Source: Aestuariivita sp.
GTDB taxonomy: Bacteria; Pseudomonadota; Alphaproteobacteria; Rhodobacterales; Rhodobacteraceae
Assembly (NCBI GenBank): GCA_026709985.1
Contig: JAPORY010000063.1
Location: 6,260-70,259, forward strand
Reading direction: 5' to 3'
DNA length: 64,000 nt
In this document: positions 48,937-58,793 of the stretch, piece after piece
How positions within the stretch are numbered: the first letter of the stretch is position 1
How the letters are laid out: every line of letters begins with the position of its first letter
Program-made: the position numbers and the translations under genes
Notes under the pieces: model-generated
What the model was told of the DNA's origin: nothing
The model's input: the letters and a program-made list of their open reading frames with translations, nothing else
Databases searched by the model: none

Positions 48937-49519
48937 GATTCAAATACGTTTAGCAATTAATTTGATATTGCCGTTGCCTCGCTCGCGGGAAAATTGATGA
49001 CGAAACCGGCACAGCCGCATAATCCTTGTGATCGCTTCCCTTGTGCAGAAGTATTCAATCTTATCTCAAACTTGCATTGATGCGCAAAATTTTCCAAGAG
49101 ACCTTAGTTCTTAGATTCGGCCGCTCAAATTTATCGCAAACGCACGAATGAACCGATAGGGACAATGCCATTACTGTCGTTATACACAAGATTCGGTATC
49201 TCATAAAATTTTCAGACTCAACATCGTTTTCTATTGAACTCTGGGGATTCATAACACCGAAAATAAATTACCGGTCGTTCACTTGTTCGAGATACGAGGG
49301 TTCAGCTTGCCCCGTTCCGCACCCTCACAGTCGCATGGTAAAGACTTAGCCTATGTAGAAGCGAAGAGATATTTCCAGTGCTACGGGCTGAGTTGAACGC
49401 CAAGGCTTACAGTGGCTTCATTTGGATATTGAGTCTGCAGTATTTCGCCTAAGTCCTCAGGCGAGCTTCGACTGCACAATCGTCGTGCTTCCCGTTTAGA
49501 GCGCAAGGATAAATCTAGA

Positions 49520-51211
49520 ATGGAACGACGCGAAGGCGGAGCTATTCTGGTCGAATGTCTACGAGCACTCGGCATTCGTCATAGTTTTGGGATACCGGGA
49601 GAAAGTTACCTCTCGGTGTTGAACGCACTTTATGATACAGACGCTTGCCGATGCGACATCAATAAGTCCCTTGATTTTTTCCTGTGTCGAAACGAGGGCG
49701 GTGCTGCATTCATGGCGGCCGCTTATGGCAAATTAACTGGTCAGCCAGGGGTTTGTTTCGTCACTCGCGGACCAGGCGCGAGCAATGCGGCAATTGGTGT
49801 CCATACCGCGATGCAAGATAGTTCGCCGATGATCTTATTTGTCGGTCAAGTTGGGACTGATATGAAAGGTCGTGAGGCGTTCCAAGAAATCGACTATCAA
49901 TCCTTTTTTTCGGGGGTTGCTAAGTGGGTGGTTGAGATTGACAAGGTTAACCGCATCCCTGAACTTTTATCCCGCGCTTGGAGTGTTGCAACAACGGGTC
50001 GTCCGGGACCTGTCGTCGTCGCGTTACCCGAAGATGTATTGACATGTTCGACTCGCCAATCATCGCTGACCGCGAAACCTTCGATCACGGAAGCGGCACC
50101 TTCGCCTGAAACAATTCAGGCAGTGATCACAAGTCTTTCGAGAGCAAAGCGACCGCTAATCTTGATGGGAGATGGCGGTTGGACAGCGACCGGCAGCGTC
50201 GCTCTACAGCGATTTGCCGAGGCATCGAACATCCCAGTGCTCGCAGCGTTTCGTTTTCAAGATCTCTATGACAACCACTCCTTTACTTATGTCGGTAATG
50301 CCGGGGTCGGTATGACGGCATCCACCAAAGCACTGTTTTCGAAGTCAGATGTTATTCTGGCGATCGGCGTGCGCCTTTGCGAAATGACCACCGACGGATA
50401 CACGCTGCTATCCGTGCCAGTACCGCGGCAAAATCTGATCCACGTCCATGCATCAGAGCGAGAACTTGGGAAAATTTACGTCCCGAACCTCGGCGTCCAT
50501 TCGAGTCCGAATACTTTTTCGTCAGCACTCGTCGAGCAAACGTTGCACGGACCATGGGACCATTGGCGTGCGGCGGCTCGAGACGCTTATGAGGCCGGTT
50601 TTGATCTGCCAAAGCTGCCGGGTTCTGTGGATATGGGTTTTGTTATCAGCCATTTACGCGCCCGTTTGCCTGAGGATGCCGTGCTGACCAATGGAGCGGG
50701 CAACTTTACGGTTTGGTCGAACCGGTATTTCAAGTTTGGCCCCAATCAACGCCTTCTTGCGCCCCAATCTGGCGCGATGGGATATGGTATCCCGGCTGCG
50801 ATCGCTGCCAAAGTCGCGCGTCCCGACGCCACTGTCATTTGTTTTGCCGGTGACGGCGACTTTCAGATGAATTGTCAAGAACTCGGTAGTTCCATGCAAG
50901 CAGGAGCCCAACCGATCGTTTTAATTCTCAATAACGGAACATATGGGACGATTCGCATGCACCAGGAGTATTCGTATCCGGGACGTGTGTCGGGCACAAT
51001 GCTTCACAATCCAGATTTTCGACGGCTCGGCGAGGCCTACGGCTACCATACGGAACGCGTCGAAAAGACCGAAGAGTTTGCAGCGGCATTTGAACGTGCC
51101 TTGGGTTCAAAAACGGGTGCTTTACTCGACCTAAATCTATCGGCAGAGGCTATTACACCGCACAAGACACTCACACAGATACGCGCTGATGCGAAGGCAG
51201 CGAGGACATGA
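49520..51211 (+). CDS. Thiamine-diphosphate-dependent enzyme, acetolactate synthase large-subunit-like
   Basis: 563 aa with N-terminal Pyr domain (GIPGESYLSVLNAL, RNEGGAAFMAAAYGKLTG) and a ThDP-binding motif GDGDFQMN...LILNNGTYG. Confidence 0.85.
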   Translation: MERREGGAILVECLRALGIRHSFGIPGESYLSVLNALYDTDACRCDINKSLDFFLCRNEGGAAFMAAAYGKLTGQPGVCFVTRGPGASNAAIGVHTAMQDSSPMILFVGQVGTDMKGREAFQEIDYQSFFSGVAKWVVEIDKVNRIPELLSRAWSVATTGRPGPVVVALPEDVLTCSTRQSSLTAKPSITEAAPSPETIQAVITSLSRAKRPLILMGDGGWTATGSVALQRFAEASNIPVLAAFRFQDLYDNHSFTYVGNAGVGMTASTKALFSKSDVILAIGVRLCEMTTDGYTLLSVPVPRQNLIHVHASERELGKIYVPNLGVHSSPNTFSSALVEQTLHGPWDHWRAAARDAYEAGFDLPKLPGSVDMGFVISHLRARLPEDAVLTNGAGNFTVWSNRYFKFGPNQRLLAPQSGAMGYGIPAAIAAKVARPDATVICFAGDGDFQMNCQELGSSMQAGAQPIVLILNNGTYGTIRMHQEYSYPGRVSGTMLHNPDFRRLGEAYGYHTERVEKTEEFAAAFERALGSKTGALLDLNLSAEAITPHKTLTQIRADAKAART

Positions 51212-52790
51212 GTAGCAGTGGAATTCGGCTCGGTGCTGATATCGGTGGAACCTTTACTGATATTGTGTTGAACATCGGAAATAAAATCTTTTCCACCAAA
51301 GTTCTGACCAATTATCGTTCGCCATAGCAATCAGTTTTGGATGGAATACAGGTTGTCCTCAATTAAGCCCAGAATCAATTGAGTGAAATTGATACGATTA
51401 TTCTTGGGACGACTCGTCCCACCAACGCCATAATTGAACACCGCGGCGCATAAACCGCATTTATAATCACAGAAAGTTATCGCGATGTGATTGAAATGCT
51501 GAGAGAAAACCGACTTCACCAATATGATCTCAATCTACAACTTTCCAAACCCCTCATTTCAAGCCAACATCGGTTTCCTGTCGCCGGCCGAATCAATTCT
51601 TGAAGGTAAGAATCGCAACTGCTTGACGAGCATAAACTGACGACTTTAGTCGATGAAATTGGCTAAAACAGTTTTGGTGTCATCGCAACTGGCTTTATTC
51701 AATCCTATCAGAATCCGCTTCATGAACAACGCGTTCGCGATATTTTGGCGTCGCGGCTCCTGCATATCCCAATTTCGATTTCATCTGAGGTTTCGTCGCA
51801 AATGCTAGGATTTGAGCGATTCAATACGGTATGTGCCAACGCTTACGCGCGTCCAAAAATTGAGAGATATCTCACCAAGTTTGCGCGATCGGCGAGCAGA
51901 ACACGGAACAACATGTCCGATAGTCGCAATTGATTTAGGCGGTGGCTTAATCGCGGTAAAGTGAGGAATTAATTGCCCTTTAATCTATTCGAAGGCCTAC
52001 GCATGTTGCGCCCTATAGTGTATCGTGGCAGTTGACATTCCAAATACTGCTGCATCTTTAGAACTGTTCATGGTATTGTCGCCACCGAATGTCCTTAATG
52101 CCCAACGGCCAGCGCTAGTTTCGCTTTGGCATGTTATGTGACATATGGTGCCCGACCTTGTCTTCAGAGCGTTAACCAAAGCCTTACCTATTCGAATCAT
52201 GGCAGAGGGTGCCGCAGCTTTATGAATATTCATATGTCGGTGCGTCCCATGCGAGGAAGCAGGGGTGTCGTTGGGACGTCCTTATGTTTAATTCTGGCGG
52301 GCACTGGCGCACGCCCAAATTTAGATGGTTTAGGCGTAGTGGCCTTTCCTTCTGGCGTTCATACGATGCGATTGAAGCGACTGAATACACCCGCGACATT
52401 ATCATAGGGTGCAAGGAACTCCGTCCGAACATTGGTAGGGACGGAACGTAGTGGGGCGGGCTGGTCAACTTGTCGAAATCGTTCGGGCAAAAGATTACGA
52501 GTTTGATTTTTTTGCGCTGTTTGATCGCACTCAATATCTAAATATCTAACCCGCAATGGTGGCAAAAATGGAGCCCATGGGAGTTGTCGAATTGAGCGAC
52601 GGAACTTCCCTTCTTACGAAGGGTTGCCAGCATATTCCCGCCGGCGAACGCCTGATTCTTAAAGTTCCCGGAAGGTGGATTCGGTAGTCCACAAGACCGT
52701 AATCCAAATTCGCAAGCGGTCGACCAGATCGCAGGTTATGTGACCGAAAAAAATCGTAATGTGTTTTACACGACCTCTCTTGGTCCCTAA
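51208..52790 (+). pseudogene. Collapsed hydantoinase/oxoprolinase hyuA-hyuB remnant (multiple stops, frameshifts and large deletions)
   Basis: The ATG at 51208 overlaps the upstream stop (ATGA). Translation gives MSSSGIRLGADIGGTFTDIVLNIG...*, then IILGTTRPTNAIIEHRGA*TAFIITESYRDVIEM, then FERFNTVCANAYARPKIERYL (HyuA-like). Next come GTGARPNLDGLGVVAFPSGVHTM and LPAGERLILKVPG...GYVTEKNRNV (HyuB-like). Only about 1.6 kb remains of the expected 3.8 kb or so. Confidence 0.7.
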
Positions 52791-53279
52791 TACTTCTACT
52801 ATGGCGTCGACCAGTGTTACTATCCAACTGATGACTTAGGAGTGAATAGATACCCTTCATCGTAGCGACCTCGGTTAATCTGATCTGCTGAAGACAACAA
52901 CATTAACAAACGAGGGTTAAAACTGGGTATCCCCTGCGATCTTTGAGCGTTTTCTAGGGCAAGGTTCTTGTGCATTCGCGCCGTGCCAGAGGCCAACCGA
53001 AGCGGTATGATTGGCAGCATTAAAACCATCGCTGGACTGTTGCTTGACACCCCGATTAGTGCTTCTTATGCAGTCAAAAGCAGAGCGAATATTCGAAAGA
53101 CGTAAATAAATGTGCAGATGACAGAGCAACGATATAAGATGTGTAACTTCGGTAGTACGCGGCAAGGCCACATGATTGCTGCCGCCTGATTACCAATAAA
53201 TAGCTTTGATGGAAGCGCTGATGGGACGAAAATATTCGCGTAGTTATGCCTTGGCTCAACAGAAATTTGAGGATTTCAC

Positions 53280-54095
53280 ATGGCCTTGTATGAGCGAATT
53301 CTAATTACTGGTGCGGCCGGTCGTCTCGGCAGTGAATTACGAAAGGGATTGATTCCACTTGCTAAGACTATTCGTTTGGCTGATCGCCAACCGATGACCG
53401 ACCTCGCCAAACATGAAGAACAGGTTATCTTCGATCTTTCAGATATGGAAGCAGCCATTGCGGCGGCCGAAGGGTGTGATGCAATCGTTCATTTCGGCGG
53501 CGCCCCGCTTGAAAATACATGGCAAACCATTCTGGATAGCAATATTCGTGGTTCCTATCACATTTACGAGGGCGCGCGGAAAAACGGAACGCGTCGGGTC
53601 ATTTACGCTTCTTCTGTCCATGCAATCGGTTACCACAAATTAGAAGATCACATTGACACTAATGCCCCAGTGCGACCCGATAGCCTTTATGGCGTTTCGA
53701 AGACCTTCGTCGAAAGTCTTTCGCGCCTGTACTGGGACAAATTTGGAATTGAATCAGTCTGTTTGCGAATTTTTTCATCCTTCCCGCAACCAACAGACCG
53801 GCGGATGCTATGGTCTTATTTATCGTTTGACGATTGCGTTCGCCTGACCACGGCAGCACTGTCAACTCCTCGAGTTGGTCATACAGTGACTTTTGGATTA
53901 TCAAACAATGCAGTAAAGGTTGTCGACAATTCCGGTGCGGAGCACCTCGGATACCGTGCGCAAGATTGTTCAGATCCGTGGCGTGAGGAAGTTGAGGCGG
54001 CAACAGAAGTTCCGGACCCAAATCAGACCTCGGTTAAATTTCTTGGCGGCTGGTTTTGCGAACTTGATCATCCCGACGACAAAATCTCACAATGA
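53280..54095 (+). CDS. NAD-dependent short-chain epimerase/dehydrogenase, uronate dehydrogenase (Udh)-like
   Basis: 271 aa. ILITGAAGRLGSELR...IRLADRQP, IVHFGGAPLE, ASSVHAIGY, YGVSKTF and a C-terminal PDPNQTSVKFLGGWF are colinear with my memory of Agrobacterium Udh. Confidence 0.65.
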   Translation: MALYERILITGAAGRLGSELRKGLIPLAKTIRLADRQPMTDLAKHEEQVIFDLSDMEAAIAAAEGCDAIVHFGGAPLENTWQTILDSNIRGSYHIYEGARKNGTRRVIYASSVHAIGYHKLEDHIDTNAPVRPDSLYGVSKTFVESLSRLYWDKFGIESVCLRIFSSFPQPTDRRMLWSYLSFDDCVRLTTAALSTPRVGHTVTFGLSNNAVKVVDNSGAEHLGYRAQDCSDPWREEVEAATEVPDPNQTSVKFLGGWFCELDHPDDKISQ

Positions 54096-55294
54096 GCGAG
54101 TCCTTTGACATCGTGATAGTGGGTGGTGCGGCTATCGGTTCCGCAGTTGCTTACTTTTTGACCGCCAATCCAGATTTTGATGGGTCAGTTCTGATCGTTG
54201 AACGTGACCCAACTTTCGCGCAAGCCTCAACGGCATTAAGTTCGGCATCTATCCGCAGCCAATTCTCAAATCCGCTGAATGTGCAAATGAGTGTATTTGG
54301 GGCACAGTTTTTTCGAGAATTTGCGGAAGTAATGGCGGTGGCAGGTGACAAACCCGACCTCAACTTCCGTGAGGCTGGCTATCTTTTTCTTGCCTCTTCG
54401 GCTGAACAGACGAGAATTTTGCAAGAAAATCATCAGGTGCAGAAGTCTCTAGGGGTTCCCGTGGTGTTGTGGTCGCCGGAACAGACTCAACAAGCGTTTC
54501 CGCATCTTCGTGTTGATGATCTTGCATTGGCAAGTTATGGTTTGTCTGGCGAAGGATGGTTTTCCAACACGGGTCTTATGAACGGCTTCCGCAAGAAGGC
54601 GCGAGCACAGGGTGCGGAATACGTAATTGATGAGGTTGTTGATTTAGTTTGTGAAGATAACAGCGTTTCTGCGGTGATGCTGAAGAGTGGACGTCAGGTC
54701 GAATGTGGCGCCGTGGTTAATGCTGCTGGCGCAAGAGCCCAAAAAGTGGCGAGCATGGCGGGGCTTACCATTCCTGTCGAGCCGCGCAAGCGCACATTGT
54801 TTGTCCTCGATTGCGCACATTCGCCCGAAGGCTCCGCTACAGTAAATGAGGGCCGTTTGCCCCTTATGGTCGACGTTTCGGGAACGTTCTGTCGACCCGA
54901 AGGCAAGTTTTTCTTGTCCGGTACCAGTCCGAATGAAGATCCTGCTGTTAATTATGACGACTTCGAGCCGAGATATGAAGAATTTGATCAAGTTTGGATG
55001 GATTTGGCCGCAAGATCGGAAGCCTTCGAGGCCATTAAACTTGTCAGTTGTTGGGCAGGACACTACGCGTTTAACACCCTTGATCACAATGTAATCGCGG
55101 GACCGCATAACCAGATGGATAACTTTATTTTTGCGAACGGCTTTTCAGGCCATGGTTTGCAACAATCGCCGGCGATAGGACGCGGTATATCGGAGTGGAT
55201 CATCTATGGTCGGTTTTGCACCCTTGATCTTAGTGAAGTCAGCTATGAAAGGGTTGCTCAGAACCGACCATTCCTAGAGAGGGCGATTATTTAA
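54092..55294 (+). CDS. FAD-dependent oxidoreductase (DAO family)
   Basis: 400 aa with N-terminal dinucleotide-binding motif FDIVIVGGAAIGSAVAYFL. The start overlaps the upstream stop (ATGA). Confidence 0.8.
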   Translation: MSESFDIVIVGGAAIGSAVAYFLTANPDFDGSVLIVERDPTFAQASTALSSASIRSQFSNPLNVQMSVFGAQFFREFAEVMAVAGDKPDLNFREAGYLFLASSAEQTRILQENHQVQKSLGVPVVLWSPEQTQQAFPHLRVDDLALASYGLSGEGWFSNTGLMNGFRKKARAQGAEYVIDEVVDLVCEDNSVSAVMLKSGRQVECGAVVNAAGARAQKVASMAGLTIPVEPRKRTLFVLDCAHSPEGSATVNEGRLPLMVDVSGTFCRPEGKFFLSGTSPNEDPAVNYDDFEPRYEEFDQVWMDLAARSEAFEAIKLVSCWAGHYAFNTLDHNVIAGPHNQMDNFIFANGFSGHGLQQSPAIGRGISEWIIYGRFCTLDLSEVSYERVAQNRPFLERAII

Positions 55295-55367
55295 CTCCGA
55301 GGAATTTCATGAGCCCTCACCGCTTTCGACTTCCTCCCTAAAATACCCCCAAAGCCTTCAAGAGCAT

Positions 55368-56127
55368 GTGATTCGAGTTGATCCCGCCGCAGCCCGCAGG
55401 CATGAAACCTTTACCGGACGCGAGACCCGTGTGACACTGACCGAGGTGCTCTGGCAACGGCGACAGCTACCGATGCCGAACCAAGAGAGCTCCCGCCTCG
55501 GCAAAGATGCGGTGCCGTTGACGGCAGCGCATGTCATTGAGTCGAACCCGCCTTTGGTGGTTGAACCCTTGCGATGTTTGTTGACCACCTTGTCGATCAC
55601 CACCCGGTCCAACGCGATGACGGTGCTTGATTATTACGCTCTCAGTTGGCACATTGAAGATTGGCACCGGATTCTCAAAAGCGTCTGTGAGGTCGAAAAG
55701 ATTGCGCATAATTCCACCGAGCGGATTAAACGGGCCACCACCATCAATGCGCTCTCATCGCTTGGCGCCTCGCGCTCCTCACGTTGCTGGGGCGTGTCAC
55801 CCCCGAATTCAAGGTGTTACCGATATTTGAGGAGTCAGAGATGGCAGTCTTGCTTGATTATGCGGGTGATATGAAATTCCCATTGCCGTGTCTGACATAT
55901 CCCGACATATCGCCACCAAATGGACGCTCTCTCTCGGCGAAGCCTTGTTACTGATTGCTCGTTTAGGAGGGTATCTCAATCGCAAGAATGAAGCCCCGCC
56001 CGGCCATCAGGTGGTATGGAATGGGTATTTTCGGTTGATAGCTGACTCCCAGAGACTGGAGAGGTCTGCCAGGTGCGGGGAATTAAGTGCCCAAAAACAC
56101 TTCTTGTCCAGTATGAAAATAACCTAA
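55368..56127 (+). mobile_element. IS4-family (Tn5/IS50-like) transposase remnant, 5'-truncated and frameshifted
   Basis: The fragments YYALSWHIEDWHRILKSVCEVEKIAH, then (shifted frame) LIAWRLALLTLLGRVTPEFKVLPIFEESEMAVLLDYA, then LGEALLLIARLGGYLNRKNEAPPGHQVVWNGYFRL match the C-terminal half of Tn5-type transposases (Y..RW.IE.FH..LKSGC, IAWRL, IARLGGYL.RK.D.PPG). They lie in at least two different frames. Confidence 0.75.
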
Positions 56128-56581
56128 GGGCAGGTCGCGTGTGATAAGTCCTGCACTGCAAGTAACTCATTGTTCTGTATAGCAAGAATTTTGAGACATT
56201 GGTAAGTTATTCTTGTTTGTAAGCAAGGTTTTCTATCGTTCATTTTGCTCGGCAAAGTAGTCAAATTTGACTCTAGCAGAGATAATCCGTTCCCGATTAG
56301 GCCGAATATTGGTCGCGGACCGCAATAATCAGGTACACCGACGAAATGATTGGATCAGCCCTTGCCTCACGCCTTGAGTTATTTGCTTCGTGCCAGACTC
56401 GTTTCACAAAGTCGACACGCAATTTACAGAGAAGCAGGCAAGTCACGTTAGCAAAGCATTCTAATGGGTGCCATTAATTCATCATCTGGAAAAAAGAAGG
56501 AATTTTGGCGCTGAGTCAACGAATTACTGCGACAAAGCGATAGGGCTAAACGCCAACGACCGTGAAACGAACTTATTAAGT

Positions 56582-57436
56582 ATGATGACGAAAACTAAAC
56601 TGCAACTGAACTACGAATCCAAACGAGCGGTGATGTCAGGAAACGGACAGCCTTACTTCGTACTGATTCGTCCACAAATGGGCGAGAACATTGGTGCTTC
56701 AGCGCGCGCCATGTGGAATTTCGGACTAGATCAGTTGCGGCTAGTTGCCCCTCGCGACGGCTGGCCAAATTCGAGAGCAAGTGCCCTTGCGACCGGTGCG
56801 GGCCGCTTACTAGATCTTGCGCAAGATTTTATCTCGACCCCTGCGGCAATCGCTGATTGCCACTTTGTGTTTGCGACCACCGCTCGCAATCGACAAGTCA
56901 AACTCCCGATATTCTCTCCCAAAGCCTCCGTGCAGGAGGCATCAAAGCGCCTGGCAAGCGGTGAAAGAATTGCATTTCTATTCGGTCCAGAGCGGACGGG
57001 ACTCGAAAACTCTGAGATTATTCGGGCCAACGCGATCATCTCCATTCCGACAAACATAGCCTTTCCATCACTTAACTTATCACACGCCGTTTCGTTGCTT
57101 GCTTACGAATGGGCACAAGAAATCGATAATCAAGAAATACAAGATGAAGAACTTACGGCGGCTCCATCTGCCACTCATCACGAGCGAGAGATTCTTGCCC
57201 AGCATTACGAAGAATGTCTGGAGGCCGCAGATTTTTTCTTTCCATCAGAAAAAGCCAATAATATGAAAGTAACCTTGCGGGCTCTTTGGTCAAGACTGCC
57301 CTTGACGACGACCGACATTGAGATTTTTCATGGTATCCTTCGGCAATTGACAGGAAATCGTAAACAAGAGCGGCAAATCAATATGTCGGTAACCAATTCA
57401 CCGACCGTCAAGCAAGTTAGAGAAAATGACCAATAA
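56582..57436 (+). CDS. trmJ: SpoU/TrmH-family RNA 2'-O-methyltransferase (TrmJ-like)
   Basis: FVLIRPQMGENIGASARAMWNFG, FGPERTGL and IPTNIAFPSLNLSHAV motifs of the SPOUT class. The ORF track frame starts at 56468, but an internal Met at 56582 or 56633 is more plausible. Confidence 0.8.
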   Translation: MMTKTKLQLNYESKRAVMSGNGQPYFVLIRPQMGENIGASARAMWNFGLDQLRLVAPRDGWPNSRASALATGAGRLLDLAQDFISTPAAIADCHFVFATTARNRQVKLPIFSPKASVQEASKRLASGERIAFLFGPERTGLENSEIIRANAIISIPTNIAFPSLNLSHAVSLLAYEWAQEIDNQEIQDEELTAAPSATHHEREILAQHYEECLEAADFFFPSEKANNMKVTLRALWSRLPLTTTDIEIFHGILRQLTGNRKQERQINMSVTNSPTVKQVRENDQ

Positions 57437-58577
57437 ACGGAAAATCTTCGAAGAGTTAACAGCAGATAATCGTTCGGAACAAACGAGTGTTGTGAGCAGC
57501 TTGATCAATCAAGGCCGAAATAAGTCACGCCGAGCTATCCAACTTTGGTTAAGCTGTCTGTTTTTTCTTGTTTTATCTATGATTCTTGTCGGAGGATTGA
57601 CACGACTTAACGATGCCGGGTTATCCATCACGGAGTGGGCACCTGTCGTCGGTGCGATACCACCATTGGACATTGATAGCTGGCAAAGAGAATTTGAACG
57701 GTACCAACAAATTGATGAGTGGCGGATCCAAAACCAATGGATGAGTTTGACTGATTTCAAGGTGATTTATTGGTGGGAGTGGGGGCATCGACAACTCGGC
57801 CGCGTTATCGGCGTTGTTTGGCTTGTCGGCTTAATCTGGTTTTGGGCAAAAAAGCAGATTCCAACTGGTTGGACGCCTCGATTACTCTTGCTCGGAGCTT
57901 TGGGTGGGCTTCAGGGACTCATTGGATGGTGGATGGTTGCCTCTGGTCTGACGCAGGGACATGGAATTCTTGACGTTGCGTCATACCGATTGGCAATTCA
58001 TCTTGGTTTGGCTTTTCTCATCCTCGGTTATTTGTGGTGGTGCATTCTGCGGCTGAATCGTTTGGAAAGCGAGCTCTTGAAGGCGCATCAATACAAAGAG
58101 CCTCGGAGTTTGCTTGGCGCCAACATTCTCATGGGCGTTGCATTTCTTCAAGTTCTCATAGGGGCTTTAGTTGCTGGGATTGATGCTGGTCAATCATATA
58201 CCGATTGGCCACTGATCGGGGGTCAGATATTTCCGCCAAATGCGTTCTTTCTGGACCCGATTATTCGAAATTTTTTTGAGAGTCCCGGGTTAGTTCAGTT
58301 TATGCATCGCATCGGGGGGTATGTATTGGTTATTGTCTGCTGCATTGTGTGGTTGATGAGCCGTTCTTCAGCCCATTCTCAGACGCGCAGGCTATTTGGT
58401 ATCACTTTATTGATCGGAACTTTGCAGGCTGGTATTGGCGTATTGACAGTAATTCACGGGGCGGCTCTACCCCTTGCAATTTTGCACCAGTTCATAGCGA
58501 TCGTGGTCTGGATTTCTATTCTCCAGGCCAGATTCATGACGACCTACCCAAAGCCGACCTCGGTGCGCCAGAGCTGA
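57426..58577 (+). CDS. ctaA: Heme A synthase (COX15/CtaA)
   Basis: 383 aa polytopic membrane protein with GLTRLNDAGLSITEW, EWGHRQLGR and conserved His contexts (MHRIGGY), typical of the alphaproteobacterial COX15 type. Confidence 0.85.
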   Translation: MTNKRKIFEELTADNRSEQTSVVSSLINQGRNKSRRAIQLWLSCLFFLVLSMILVGGLTRLNDAGLSITEWAPVVGAIPPLDIDSWQREFERYQQIDEWRIQNQWMSLTDFKVIYWWEWGHRQLGRVIGVVWLVGLIWFWAKKQIPTGWTPRLLLLGALGGLQGLIGWWMVASGLTQGHGILDVASYRLAIHLGLAFLILGYLWWCILRLNRLESELLKAHQYKEPRSLLGANILMGVAFLQVLIGALVAGIDAGQSYTDWPLIGGQIFPPNAFFLDPIIRNFFESPGLVQFMHRIGGYVLVIVCCIVWLMSRSSAHSQTRRLFGITLLIGTLQAGIGVLTVIHGAALPLAILHQFIAIVVWISILQARFMTTYPKPTSVRQS

Positions 58578-58634
58578 GTTGAAGCCAGTCATCCGCAGAG
58601 GAATCACTCTTGCCGCGTGATGTTTGGCGCTACA

Positions 58635-58645
58635 GGGGGGGGGGG
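58635..58645. repeat. G11 homopolymer tract
   Basis: Direct reading gives tacaGGGGGGGGGGGcatc, in the convergent ctaA/gyrA intergenic region: 58 nt after the ctaA stop and about 150 nt after the gyrA stop. Confidence 0.95.
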
Positions 58646-58793
58646 CATCGGGTGAAGCGCGCCTAAATTGTCGGAAGTTCGAAAAAAGCGGCCATTCTCG
58701 CGAGCGGTCTTTTTGGCTGTTTCATGCACTATTGGTGCTAAACAATTGGAATAGCTACGATTCGGCGGAGTAGAGATCTCCAGTTCCCAATCA

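Noticed and set aside
54644-55108. 154-aa ORF antisense to the FAD-dependent oxidoreductase gene.
   Set aside because: A shadow ORF inside a supported gene, with no motifs.
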